A DNA stretch of 63,610 nt, the filler included, from Dimorphilus gyrociliatus (taxonomy: Eukaryota; Animalia; Annelida), in assembly GCA_904063045.1 (NCBI GenBank). It is 4 parts of 4 records of this genome, joined end to end, with 100 filler letters (N's around TTAATTAATTAA, not from the genome) between each part and the next. Parts side by side here need not be neighbours in the genome. Positions count along the whole stretch, not along the records: positions 1 to 29,711 come from CAJFCJ010000077.1; 3 more parts are not named here. The stretch is one strand, 5' to 3'. Made by a program: the position numbers and the translations under genes. Shown here piece after piece: positions 13,624 through 27,499 of the stretch; within the stretch, counting starts at the first letter, position 1; each line of letters starts with the position of its first letter. The notes below the pieces were generated by a model. It searched no databases, was not told the DNA's origin, and was given only the letters and a program-made list of their open reading frames with translations.

Positions 13624-14471
13624 GTTGAAGTTATTAGACAGTTTGATGACAGCAGTGAAAATCCTGAAATATATCAGTACAAAAAACAAATTTTTTTGTT
13701 CATTCTAATCCATTGTTCATCCTAAATTATATATAAAAAATCAAAGGAATATAGAAAACTGAAAAATGAAAGAATCTTTACATTTTTTTCAATATCATCG
13801 AATTATTTATTATATAGAGCACTTGAAAATGTCTTTGATGTATTTTTTCTTCCTTTTCTAATTAGTTTTATTTTTACATTCCATTCATATATTAATTGAA
13901 TTTTGAATTTGTAAGGATAGTCACTTTTTTTGATGAAATAAAAAAAGTATATTATACTTAATTTTTTGTTTTAAGATGAATACTTACATAGAAGTATTTA
14001 TTATTTAACATTTACAAATATAATTAGGCTAGTGACGTCATCAACATTTCAATTTGCGGTCTTTGACAAATGGAATGTTTTATTTGAAACTTCAGAAGGA
14101 ATTATATTGAAAATCAATTGAGTAGTTGTCATGTGGATGTTGTTTATAAATAACATTATATGTTATAACTGGTATAATCAAAATTAATTTTACTTCATCA
14201 TTTATGAAATTTACCCATTGTGGGCGAAATCGTACCTGGATGAAATTTTAACTGTCAACATGAGAAAATCAAAAAATGAAATAATTAATTTATTTGTTTT
14301 AACAAATATGTGATATACAAGTACCAGTTTTTTTCAGGTCAGCCATTTGGAATTTGTTTGTTGATTACTTGATAAGAGAATCTTGAAATAGTATTATAAA
14401 TATTTGTTTTAAAGTTTTCTGCTGCTTTTCAAATAATAAATTAAACATTTCAAATCTGCACATTTTGAAAT

Positions 14472-14965
14472 ATGGCAATCAAGTGCAAAAATTGCAAACT
14501 TACAGTTTATGGAAGACAGAAGAGAAAATTCTGTTTGCTCTGTAATGAGCTTCTTCATGAAAAGTGTATCATCAGTAAGAATTTTGTAAATCATCTTCAT
14601 TCATATTGTAAATATACAATTATTTCCTTTCAGATTCCAGGCTGTCAGTTTGTCTGGATTGTGAAAAAAGACAGTGTCTTCTTCAAATGACAAGACTAGA
14701 AGATCAAGGAATGAAAGAAAGAGTTGCTTTGGATGAGAATGAAGATGAAAAGATTGATGAAGAGACAACAGATAACAGAAAAGGTGATGATCTTAGAGAT
14801 TCAAATACAAATAATGATGAAATATCATCAGTCAATGCTGTTGACACTTTCCAAGAAGTTATGGATAATGATTTTAAAATAATTAGTGGTGGAAGTCAAC
14901 TGGGAAAGGACATTCTGATACACAATGGATTTTCATTCACACTCAAGGCTAAAACTGGTGCCAGC
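14472..14965 (+). pseudogene. PHD finger + acidic linker + truncated FLYWCH (MULE-type transposase N-terminus)
   Basis: CKNC...CLLCNELLHEKC...WI[C]; adding one T at ~14660 gives WICEKRQCLLQ in frame with ORF 14687 (MTRLEDQ...GGSQLGKDILIHNGFSF); homology stops abruptly at ~14965. Confidence 0.55.
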
Positions 14966-15107
14966 TGCAATATTTTTTCAGGACATACCGCAATCTTTCC
15001 AGTATTTCAAGGGTTTTTTGTTTCTTCAGATATTTTAATTCCTTTTTCAGTTTGTATTGTTTCTCTATGAAAAAGACATGTATCCTGTTTAAAAACCTTA
15101 TGGTTTT

Positions 15108-15205
15108 TGTTAAATAAGTTATACTAAGTAACGTCTATGATAGCCAATAGAGGGCAATGATCCTTTTAAACGTAACGTTATATTAACACTCGCCAGGTGG
15201 CTCTT
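15108..15205 (+). repeat. ~98-bp dispersed repeat, copy A
   Basis: Reverse complement of 62151-62244 with high identity (TAAGTTA..CTAAGTAAC, ATAGCCAATAGAGGGC, AACACTCGCCAGGTGGCTCTT). Confidence 0.8.
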
Positions 15206-18129
15206 GCAGTAATATATTTTTATTTTAGCTAAAAATGATTCAACGATTTTTATTATAATTAAATTTTTCTTTGCTGGAATGTCACTAAAGAGAGCTTTTA
15301 TGAATGCTTGTTTATAAATTATTCTCTATAAATTTTGTATTTTAAATGATGAAACTCAGAGGCTGAACCTGACGTAATATAAATTACAGCTGTCTTTATC
15401 AGCAGTATTAGAACAATAAGGTTCGTTACAATGAAATGATAATATTTGATTGGAACAAGAGTTTTGTTTCACACATAAAGAATCCCTATAAAACCATTTA
15501 GGACATTACTATAGAAAAGAAGATAAAATCTCACACTGCTCATTCGTGACATTGTACAGTTTAGCCAATAGTTTCTTTACAAAAAAGGCCACTGTTTGCT
15601 GTATTTTATAAAAAATAGTTTTATTATTTGTCCTTTACAAATTTCCAATCCAAAATCTTACTCCAAAATATCTCCAAAATGATTGTTTTCAACAACAAAC
15701 AAATCAATAGACACTCAAAGAAATATTTTGTAAGCATTTAGAAATAAAGAAAGTTTGAGAGAGAGAGAGAGACAGCAATCAATGATAAAGACTTCAATGT
15801 ATGGCTTCAGGGGATTAAACTATAATCCTTTTCATTAATTTAATACACAGTATCATATATCTTTTTTTATTATAATAATATATTAATATAAATATAAATA
15901 TAGTCAAAGACATAACGACTAGTTTTGATGACCAGGAAAGCTGGCTTTTATACAATTTTTACTTTTCACTTGTCTTTATAAATGCTTTGTTATTACATTC
16001 ACACCTTAATTAAGACGTAAATATCATTCGTTTAACATTGATCATACCTATTGTATCTACTCCAAATTATTAAGAATACTATAATTATTTGTATAGTAAA
16101 AGCATTATGTTAGTAAAAGTCGATAAATAGCGATAACCTACTATAGTGACTTACTCAACAACAACATATACAAGAAACTTAGACAAATATTAATTTGAAA
16201 GTGACGGTAAAAAAGCCTGGTACCTGTCCAATACTAACAAACAGTAATAACTTTCTAAAGAAAGAATAATTGAAAAATAAATTACGGATTCAATGATGTT
16301 CCCTTTTTACCATAATTCATCAATTAATCTTATAGCTTAAGATTAAATAAACTTTGAGGGGGATTATATTACAGGATAAACTGGTTAATCCATTAAATAA
16401 GAATACTGGACAGATAACAAAAAAAATCAATGTTTGTTCCACTTTTTTTTTGAAAATATAACTTATTTTTAGATCTATATAAAAATCCATACAATTCATT
16501 GGGGGTTACATAACATATTTTTATCTTTTTAACATTTCGGCAATAATTAGTACAATTCAACTCGGAAAGGTTTTACCCATAATACGTATACACTTCCCTT
16601 AATCAACTAAATATATAGCTACATATTTTTTAACCAATCTTCATTATTGTATATTTTCCATTATTTAATCTCTTAAAAATTCTTTACCAAATGGGCATAC
16701 TGGTAGAGAAAGATTCTTTGTGCACTCTTTACAGAATCAAACTACATAAGAAAAACCCAACATTCATTTTCAGTGCTGTGAAAAAATTCAAAAATTTCAC
16801 CTCATTTACAAAGTAGAAACACAAATAGAATAATTTGATTTCGTTTTTGTCAAATGAGATTAGTTAATTTAATTAGACATAATCTCCTGATCATCATTCT
16901 AATTTTAATCTATTTGCACTGATAATCACCAATGTCTATTTTTCAATTTTTGTCTATTAAAAATCATACGAATCATTGTCCGATAAACATTGTAATTGAC
17001 GATTTGGGGTTAGGGTTAGGATTAGGGTTAGTTTCAAACAAAAATTTAATAACCATTTTTTTTTGTATAGACATTGTGTTTTTCATTGAATAAGAAATAA
17101 GTTTTTATTTTTTGAATTTGATATTGTGTCACTCTTCATAAATAATGCATTTATTTGCATGTTAGCTGTCAAAAATGACGTTTTTGTGTGTTATGAATGG
17201 GGGTGTCGGTGATGGTATGAATGTATGATAAGCATGAATGTTCGAGAGAGAATGTTGTGAGGGTAATTCGAGATTCGCATTCCATGAATCTTGATTCAGG
17301 GATTAATATACAAAACACGAATTTCGTGGTGCTTGTTTATCTCTTAGGGGTCAAGTATGCCAGATGACTGCTCAGAGAAAGCACTGAGTAGTGTCCGACG
17401 GACTTGTAAAGGAACACTGCTAATAAGTGGTGGTGGTGCGCTGAAACACGAAGACAAAACAAATAAAGACGGACAACTAGTGCAGCTTGTCGGTTGTGCA
17501 CTAAGATATAATGATATATCAGTAGACTTTAGATATAAAGGTACATTAGAAATACTTCTATTTCGTAGGAATTAGAATGATAGAACTTTAGAAAGACAAA
17601 AGTCTCTTAGAATACTTAAAAGAATTCTGACTTTATGAATTGAAATTTAAATGAAAAACAAAGTGCAGAGAATGAAAATGAGTAAAAACATTGCTTCAGG
17701 GCACATATTCCAGTAGAGAGATTTGTTACCTTTAGACTTATCTGAACTGTAAAATTTCCATCATTCAGCTTGATCTACTGAAATGTCATTTGAAAATCAT
17801 TTTAGGTTATTATCAATGAGCTGTTAAAACTCACCCTTACATATCAACTTTTTATTTTTTTGTGCCACATCTGGATTTTTGACACCATTTTCTTCTGTGG
17901 GACAATGGATTGTGTCTTACCATTTACTATTAAACATAATACCTATCTTAAAAATTACAAGGTTAATCTATGTAGGTTTGCAAACTTAACTAGATATAGC
18001 TCTTCGATGTTTTAGATAGTTAATGTTTTGGTGTGAAGCTTTGATAACAAGATGTAATTTTGCCTTTTAAATCTATTTCTCAAGGACTCAATTCTAAATG
18101 TCATATGATATAAAATATTTGTTGATATG

Positions 18130-18336
18130 GGATGCGACAGAAAACATCCACAAATCAGTGCTTTTACCCTAACCCTAGCCCAGCCCTTAGCTGTACCTAA
18201 CCTTTACCATTACCCCTAACCCTTAGAGAAGACGCTCCTAAGTACAAATCAGTTGCTGTTTTCTTCTGCCTAACCATTTCTCAATCCAAATTTTTGTCTT
18301 GAAATTTTTCATTGGTGGACGATTTCTGTCGACCCC
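18130..18336 (-). mobile_element. MITE copy 4, 9-bp TSD
   Basis: GGATGCGACAGAAAAC...GATTTCTGTCGACCCC; exact TSD GTTGATATG at 18121-18129 and 18337-18345. Confidence 0.9.
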
Positions 18337-18781
18337 GTTGATATGTGTTTATTCTTAGCTAAATCCGAAAAATTCATTTGAAAATATGTTAAAATCATGT
18401 TCCAGAATAGAAAAAATAAATCTGTCTTGGTATATAGATATGGAAAAAGTATTGTTTGTGAAAGACTTCAAATATTTAATTTGATAAATAATGCTCACGC
18501 AACTGATAATAATTATAATATGAGTTTACATTGGTTCTGATTTTTCTCTCAGATTTTACTAATTTTAAAAATCTAGAAATATCTTCCTTAGGGAAATCAT
18601 TCTTGAAAAATTTGTCAAATATAGATTTAAAGAATTAAATACATTTTAGGAAAAAGTTAGCTAGAAAATATGGTTTGATTTAACAATAATTGAAATGTAT
18701 AATACTCTATTGTGTTTTTCAATTCTATTTGATCATTTTTTAAAAAATACATAGAAACAGTAAACAACAAGACAAAAAAAT

Positions 18782-21700
18782 TCAGTATCTTTTGAACAAG
18801 CAATGTCTTCTTTGGAGCAGTTTTCTCAGAAATATTCCGAATGAAAAAATATCCATCTTTTCATTCAATTCATCAAGAGTAGTAATTTTCTCTGGAATTA
18901 TAAATAGTTCGAAATAATCATTCTTTAATTTCTGCAAAAAATATAGATCACATTTAAATTTTTTATAAAGAATAGTTTTAATTTATTATTTTGACCAAAA
19001 GTAAAACATTCATCTCATTAAATTGGCCATTAAATGAAAAATTATTTTTGTGATGATATTGAATGGCCAAAATACAAGTTTCCATATAATTAAAGAAATT
19101 TTTAACATCGCTAATTAGTGTTTCCTTTGAATTGAATATATCAAGAAGATTCCTCATTTGAAGGGTTTTAGTAATCTTTTTATTTACTGAATCAAAAAAT
19201 AGACTGTCTATTATAAAAAACAGAGATTAATTAATAATAGTCATTTATGAGAATATTTTCAAGTACTCTACAAAACCTTCAGTTTTTATTGAATTAGTAA
19301 CATTTTCTATAAAAAGTTTTCTTTCAAAAAAAATCGTATGGTTAAAATTTCCAAAACAAAGACCTAAAAATAACGTAATTACTTTTTCTTTATTTTCAGT
19401 TTCCTACATCTCTTCCACATGGAAAAAAATTCACCAAATGTATGGAAAATAGGATTCAAAACTGAATTTAATGGAATAAACATAATAATAATAAAAGCAT
19501 ATACATTATTACTCATTTGTAGATTTGAAAACACTGACCAAATTCCTAAAAATAGAAAAAAAAAGATAGTAAAGGTTTGAAAAATGATAAATATTAGAAA
19601 ATTAAAAAAATTCAACCCAAAAGAGAAATTGGTAACCAAATAATTATATTTGATGAAATAATTAGATAAATTGATGGTGAAATAGTCTTCTTTCCATTCA
19701 TAATCTTTTCTCCGATATTCTTTTTACTTTGCCTAACTTTTTTCAAAATTAATATATATAGAAATGCATTTAGGAAACAAAGCAAGAAGATAAAAACACC
19801 ATAAACAATAAATGAATAATATGATAGTCTATTGTGTTTTTCAGTTCTTATTTGTAATTTGAAACAAATTGGAGAATCATTGTGAATATTCTAAGAAAAA
19901 AAAACAAGTTTAAACATTCATAATTATTTCTCTTTTTTTTTATTAACATTGAAGTAATATACAGGAAATACTGCCAAAGCTACACAAATCCAAAGTGAAG
20001 TTATTAATGTTAAAAGTGACAGTTTTTTTGAAAATTGAAAACTTGCAACAGAATTTATAGCATGAAATTTTTCAAAACTTATAACAAGTAGACTAACTGT
20101 AGAAAATAGAAGTGAAAAATTCATTAAAGCTCCTATAATTTTACAAAGATTTCCAGAAGTCCAACTATGTTCATGTTCAAAAAATTCCCCTCTAAAACAA
20201 ACGTCTACTGATCCTAATATGACTAAACAAACTGAACTTAGAAGATCACTTGAAGACAGTGAAATATAAAATATATGCGATGGTCTTTTAAATTTTGATA
20301 TTCTAAAGAAAATTGAAAATATATTTGCAGTTAAACCAAATAGGCCTAACGTCCATAGGATGACTTTTAATAACACAGAAGCTAATAAATCTGAACAAGT
20401 ATTAAAAACAGATTTCTTAGGAGTGCATTCTGCTTCAGAACTCTTATATTTCCAGACAAAGCAACATAATACAAAGTAATCACTTTTAACCATTTCTATT
20501 AGATTTAAATGCTCAATTATTATTTTACTATAATCAATTGGATATTTTGACATCGATAAATCCAATATTTTAATAGAATTCTTTAAAAATATTCTATTTT
20601 CAATATATTTAATATAACAATCTTTAATTTTTAAAATAGTCAGTTTTGGCAATTGACCAAAGAAAAACTGTGGCAGTGATTGAATCATTGTATAAGAGAT
20701 ATCTAAATATATTAGATTAGGTGAATAACTAAAATTAATTAGTTGTTTTAATGGATTTCTTGAAAGATCAAAATATTGTAGGATTAACATTTTTTTCCAT
20801 TGAAATATATCTTCCATGCTAGTTAATTTATTTTTTTGTAAATTTAAATAAATTAAATTTTTAGTTTGAAAATTCTTCCAAAAGTTATTCAAATTACAAT
20901 TTTCTACTGTTAAATGAGTGAGATTTTTTGAAATAAACTTTCCATAAAATGTTCTAAAATGATGAAAAGCCATTCTTTTGTAAATTTTTAAGAGTTTCGA
21001 AAGGTTGAAAGCATTTTGCTTTTCCATCGCAAAAAAGGAGATATTATAAGCTTGGAAATATTTACAGTTGCTTGAGCAAGTTTGAACTGAAGATTTGGGA
21101 CAAAAAATTTCATCATTTCCATGTTTACAATTTTTAATACCGTCACAAACTTTTGTTATGTTTATGTATAAAATTTGATTTCTGCATTTAAAAAATCCTT
21201 CTGGTTTGAAATCATCTAAGCAAAAATTGAATTTATTTTTTGTTGATAAAGATTTGAAATTAGAAAATTTCATTCAATTTTTTAGTATCTAACATAATAA
21301 TATGACTGAAATTTTCAACATCTAATTTATAGATTTACAGCAATTTTCTTCATCTTCATTAGTCCAACAATGATTAATTCCATCACAAATCTGTTCAATT
21401 GATATACAATATTTCATTTTTGAACAAAGAAAGTAACCTTTAGAACATGATGTTCTACTGCAGTTAACAAGATTTGAAAATGGGGTATGGACTTTTGTTA
21501 GAAGATCTCCCTTAGAATTATAGTTCAATTGACATAAATCATCATTTTTTTCGTTAACATTTTCAATTCTAAATTAAAGAAGTTTTTTCAAAAAGAAATT
21601 TATTCTTCAAAGGAGGTATTCACAGAAACTATCCATGATTGTTCATAAATCTTAGATCATCCCCAAAGTCAAAAACTCTATCATTTTTATAAATTACCCT

Positions 21701-24700
21701 ATTGTCCATCCAGAATCAGCTCTGTCTACAAACCCTCCCCACTACCAAAACAAATGAATAGTTTCTGTTGATTGATTTTGACAAATCTGTGTTAAGTACT
21801 TGGAAATGAAATCTTTTTTCAGCATTTGCATGCAAGATGAAGATTGTTCGTCAATTCCATCCAGACAATTATATGTCAAATCGCATTTGGAATTGGAATT
21901 TTTACACTGACCGTCACAATAAATTTGGGATTTTTTATTGCAAACTAATCATTTTGAAAATGGAACTGTTAGATTATTTTGTTTAAAAAAACCAAAAAAG
22001 AAAAATAATACTTTCAATTGTTTGATTAGTTTCTATTTTATATTGTAGACAATTCTCATCTGTATCATCTAGGCAATTGATTTCATTGTCACATATTTTT
22101 TGAGTATGAATACATTGGCCATTTTTGCATTGTCTACAATTTTTTAAATACTGAAATAAATCAATATTCAAGAAATAATAGTTAGCTGAAAAAACCTGTT
22201 GTTTTTATCACAGATTTCTCTATCTGTATTTAAATTATTTGAGAAAATAGGAATGAAGTTTTTCAATAAATGTGAAATTACCACAAAACAATTCATCAGA
22301 ATTGTCGGAACAGTCTTGATTAAAATCACATACCAGTTGATATGCAATTTGTTCATTGTTAAGTAAACATTTAAATGTTGTAAGACCTGAACAATTTCTT
22401 TCATCTTCTCCAGAAAAACAGTCTTTAATACCATCACAGACTTGTACCAAACTAATACAAAATCTATCTTGAGAACAGTTAAATGTTGAATTTCTACATT
22501 CAATAGATAATTTGATAAAAGAGTTAAAAAAGCTTAAAAAGTTTTTTTGCGGATTAATATCAAAAAATTAAAGTTTTTCTCACAAAAGTAAACTACTTAG
22601 TTTTGTCAGTTAGAGCCTCTTTTCTATCTAAAATTTTACTCAAAATAATTTAATCAGTTTAATCAATAAAATTATTATAGAATTTACAAGAATAAGTTTG
22701 ACAAAAGATAACATTCCATAATTTATGCATACAGGAAACTGCTTGTCTATAATAATATGGCATTGCTATGATGTAAATATTTCTTTGATCTCTAATATAT
22801 TGAAAACATTCACTATTCAAACTAGAACGAGATAGTTCCTTGTAAAAGAAATTAATAAAATATTGAACAGTTTTATTTGTTGCATAAGATATCCAATTCT
22901 GCAAAAAAAACTAATTCAAATATGTTCAGTTTAATAATCAAAAAAGATAATTTAACATTTTGTGTCAAGAATTTAGATAAAAAACTGTTGGGTAAATTTG
23001 TTGGACTAATTTTTATCGAGTTTTTTTTCTTGTTCAAAGCTTGAATGGACATTTGTAAAAATATTAACATAAAATATCGTTATATTATTAATTTACTGGT
23101 TGGAATTTTTGAAAATGTCTTTTCGGATTCTCTTGTTTTTGAATTACCAGTTTTTATTCCAATATCAAATGAATAAAATTGCAATAAAATCAGATAATCA
23201 AATATTTGAAAAGCAAACTTGAATGGTTCATCAAAAAATGTAAGATTTCTATGGTTACAAATCATCTCCATCTCTGAGTAGGATATTTTAGATTTTGAAT
23301 AAAACAAGTAATAACAAGTATTGAATATTTTAAGACCATCTCCACAACCTGTATACTTAAATAATATAAATTATTTACTTATTTTTTCTTTTTGTCTTTA
23401 AGCTACCAGAAGTTTTTTCTTTTGTACATTTGATACTGTAAAGTCTATAAGTTTCCTCTACTTCATCAGTGGGCCTATTGAATAAACAAAAGAAAACAAT
23501 AACAACTACAAAAAAATACTTTTAAAAAATTTTGTTTGCATGATCATACAATTTGTTCAATCTTGATTTTGACCATTCTATCAAATTGCAATTAGATAAA
23601 TTTTTATTCCATTTCTGACATTTTAAATCAAAAATATTGTTATAAGAAAAATAACCAAGTGATTTTATATTTTTTATATGGAGAGATCCATCAGAAAATC
23701 GAAAATATTGACAAATTAAATTCAGTTCAAATTGTTGAATAGCTAAAGTTGAAATTCCATACCATTTATTCATAAATATAACTTGTAATAAACCAGTATA
23801 TTCTTGTAAATTATCAATATTATCAGTAGTGAAAAGTGAATGATTCGCATTAAATAGTCTAAAACTATATTCTAAAAAATCAAATTTTGTAGAGAGGCAA
23901 TTATTTTATTAGGAAATTTATTTTTTCAATTATAAGATACCAGTCAAATTTCGTATTTTTTCGCATGCAATATCAAAATATCGTGATTTGTCAATAAAAC
24001 TTTTCATGGAACAATTAAAAAGATCTTTTTCAAGAATTTTAGAACACATTGAGAGGAGAGGATGTTTACTAAATTTGGACTATTCTAAATTTATATACTC
24101 AGGTAACAGCTGAATTGTTTTATGACTTACCAGCACATTTAGCTCCACCACTGGAGTAGAATGACCACAGTATTGAAGATTCTGAATTATAATTTACAAG
24201 ATATAATACAAGAGATTCTAAAGACCATGACAAAATCTCTCATTGCTCTTTTTAAATAATTATGTCAAACCTTGAAAGAAGATGCACTAGTTTTTAATAC
24301 AAGTGGCTTTGGAATAGAGTTTAACCTTGTACAAACAAGATTATCAATATGTTGTTTTGATGGTAAATAATGTTTGTCATTTGTTTTTGAGTATGGGAAT
24401 TGGACAGATTTTGATTTTGAAAATTCACTATTAGAATGTATAGTAAATTTGAAATAGATTTCTAATAAACGAAATGCTTCTTTATTTAAATAAAGAATCT
24501 TTAAATAATTACCTGACACCTTTCCAAATGAACATTTTATTGTTATTCTATCAGAATTTACTATACTCTCACCAACAACTGGCCTATTATCTTCAAAACT
24601 TGAAATATGTATTATTTTCTGCGGGACTATTGTATTAGTATATCTATAGTAATGTACATTCTGACAAATTTTTTCTGTGATATTGTCAAATGAAGAAATT

Positions 24701-25270
24701 CCATAAGTAAATTTCTGCCAACGTAAAAGTGCCGGAAAGTATTTTTTTCGTTTAATTCTTGCAAAAAAGATGACTAAATAAATGAAAGATATGTATTTTT
24801 GTGGAGAAGCAAAAATGTTTAAATACTATTCTACAAACTAGGTGCATTAATTTTATAGCACTTCATGCATGAACAATCCAATTTTTTGGTATGATTTCTA
24901 AAGAATAACCATTCAAGTTCTCCATTAGTGTTCAAGTACTTGGTTCTAAATGTTGCTGATATAATTTTTGTTTTATTTAAACAATAGAGAAAGTAAGCGA
25001 AAGTTCCTTACCAAATGAACAGTTACAAGGATAGGAAAAAGCACCATAACTATCATATCCTGCTTTGGAACAAACGATTTTATAGCTAGTTTGATGACAT
25101 TTATTATGCTCAAAATGTGATGTTATATTCAATTTTTTATAAAATTTACTCAATTTAAAAAGAACATGAGTAAATTTTTCTTCAAGAATATCAATTTTAA
25201 TTTTCAATTCATCATTACAAGAAATAGAAATAAGAATTTTAAGACAAATCAAGATTTTCTTGATATTCAT
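18782..25270 (-). CDS. GRL101-like receptor G1: lectin-like/LDLa repeats/LRR/7TM rhodopsin-class GPCR, with putative pseudokinase tail
   Basis: Several LDLa exons (CDGIKNCKHGNDEIFC, CDGINHCWTNEDEENC, CDFNQDCSDNSDELFC); LRRs (LIYLNLQKNKL, LQYFDLSRNPL); hinge CTP...FNTCSDLL; TM1-4 with FEKF in the DRY position; TM7 PLNSVLNPIFHTF. The core 19379-22500 is secure; the 5' exon (24977-25270) and tail exons (18782-19320) are inferred. Confidence 0.85.
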
Positions 25271-26943
25271 AATTATTTGTAGAAAAATAAGAGTACTTTT
25301 TTCTGTTGTAACAAATACGTTTTATCTTAAATTTAAATAAAAAATTAACAAATATATATGCGTTTTAGTAATTTAAAAAAACATATGACAAGAGAATGAT
25401 AATTGGTTTGGTTTGTAATAAAAACTACAATATTAAATATACAAAATTCTCATGTAGAAATGATAGGTTACAAATTCAAACATTCTTAATAAGATATATC
25501 ATTTCCCTATTACATATCAAAAGAATGGAAATATGATACTTTTATTTTCTTAGGCAACCTTTTGCACTACGAAATAGATAATAAACCCTAACCTGATTGT
25601 GGTGTGTATGTTAATAGTGTCAAAAATAGAGTGTGAACAAAACAAAGCTAATTAGCTATGTTCTATGTTAGTATAAATGTAATGATTGAATGCTTGAGGT
25701 GTGAGTGTGTGTCATGTGTTGACGGTAGACTAAAGCAGGCTTATATTATTGTTGTACAGCTGACATCGTGTCTTGTGGATGAAATGAGGTGAGGTCAAAT
25801 CAAACCATATGATGTGGCTTTATCATTCATTCATCATTAAAAAATTCATAGTAGATAGTCAAGATCACTCTATAGATCTAAAAGTTTTGTAACAAAGGGA
25901 ACAACTACTTGCAAAGAGTATTGAAACTTAAAATATGACTAATTTGACAAAATTCACTAACATAGCCATTTTAAAAAAGTGTTGAAAAAGTATTATTAGC
26001 TTAAATTGTAAAAAGAAAAGTACATTGTTTGATAACATGAATACTTCAATTCATTCTTGTTAAGAATGTAATATGAAAAAATAGATATTTGAACAGCGTT
26101 TCCTTTTGAGCAACATTTATAAACATATCAATTTTTCAATGTGATTTTACAAGATGATTTCTCTGCTCTAACATCATCTATAGAAATATGTGTTTTTACT
26201 AGTTCACTAAAGCCCTCACAAATAGAACCTTTCAAGTTTGTCCACAAATAATCTTAAAAAACGAATAATAATAATTAACTGCTTCAGTTAGAAAATTTAG
26301 CATCAGAATATAAGGAAGAAGTATGTCTGCTTAATACTTGTTATGTTGAGTAGTAATGTGTATAAAAATCTGCTTAAAAGTGAAAAAAATATAAACTTAG
26401 AAGGAAAGTATAATTGACATTTAATTGAACTGCTTTTAATACAAGGTAATAAAGTTATAGAGTAATTAACTGTAATATTAAAGTTTAAGATGCAAATGAT
26501 ATTTGTCTATAATTTGATAGAATCTGTTACCACAAATTATACATGCACCTGCTATGCCATAGACATGAAGGTCAGGAAGTTGTGCAAGAGAATTACTGAG
26601 GTCTTTTGTTGCCTGGTTATACTCTTTCTAGTGCCAACTTGGTGGAGTCTCATCCAAGACTTTGGTTATCTCAAGCCTTACAATCTTGCACTGTACACAA
26701 ATTTGAAGTAACACATTTATTTTATAAATGTATTATTTATAAATTGTCTTAAGATGTGTCAATTTTGTTGTTACAAACTATCAGGTTTTATTTAACAATT
26801 ATAGTTTTACAATAACAAAGAAGTCTCTATTCACTGAGATGAGATTCCGTGCAAAAGTTTCTAAATGAAGAAAATTGCAATAATTTGACAAAAAAATACA
26901 ATAGAATAAACAAGAATCCAACATATTATATTGAGGATAGCAA

Positions 26944-27142
26944 GGGGTTGACAGAAAACGTCCAGAAATTTCAGAGTAGATTTTGGATTGAGAAATGGTT
27001 AGGAAGAAGAAGACAGCAGCTGATATGTACTTAGGAGGGTCTCCCCTAAGGGTTAGGGGTAATAGAAAAGGTTAGGTACAGCCAGGAGCTGGGTTGGGGT
27101 TAGGTTAAAACCACTAATTTGTGGACGTTTTCTGTCCAAGTC
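26944..27142 (+). mobile_element. MITE copy 5
   Basis: GGGGTTGACAGAAAACGTCC...GGACGTTTTCTGTC with the family internal sequence; TSD not recognisable. Confidence 0.85.
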
Positions 27143-27499
27143 ATTTTATAGCTTCATTTTTGTAAGAGTTTGAAAGAAGAATATCCTTTACCTCTACCAA
27201 AATGATTTTACTCTGTTATTTTTCTAATCCTTCATGTAGACCCACATGATATTTATATATATCCTAATCAATTCCCAAATAAAAAAGGCTGAAACTTTCT
27301 CAATTTTATAGCCTCACCCTGATATATTGTCTCAAAAACAGTTTAACGAAAGTATACAAGATGATATTTGTTAACAATTGCCTTTGATTTTGTAAAATGT
27401 AAATAATTTTTTAGTTCCTCAAATAACCTACAGATGGCTCTGACAACTCATTAAAAGGAATGTCATCCATTGAGATTGAAAATTTGCTGTACATCATTG

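Noticed and set aside
16995-17035. TTAGGG-like run as a real telomere or chromosome-healing site
   Set aside because: Only 3-4 imperfect units, internal to the contig. Similar motifs occur inside the MITEs and at ~54650-54715, so it is better explained as TE-borne.
17190-17600. GC-richer LTR-like stretch (similar at ~25600-25830 and ~57020-57200) and ORF 17357-17575
   Set aside because: No TG...CA boundaries with TSD and no second copy found; the ORF has no recognisable domain.
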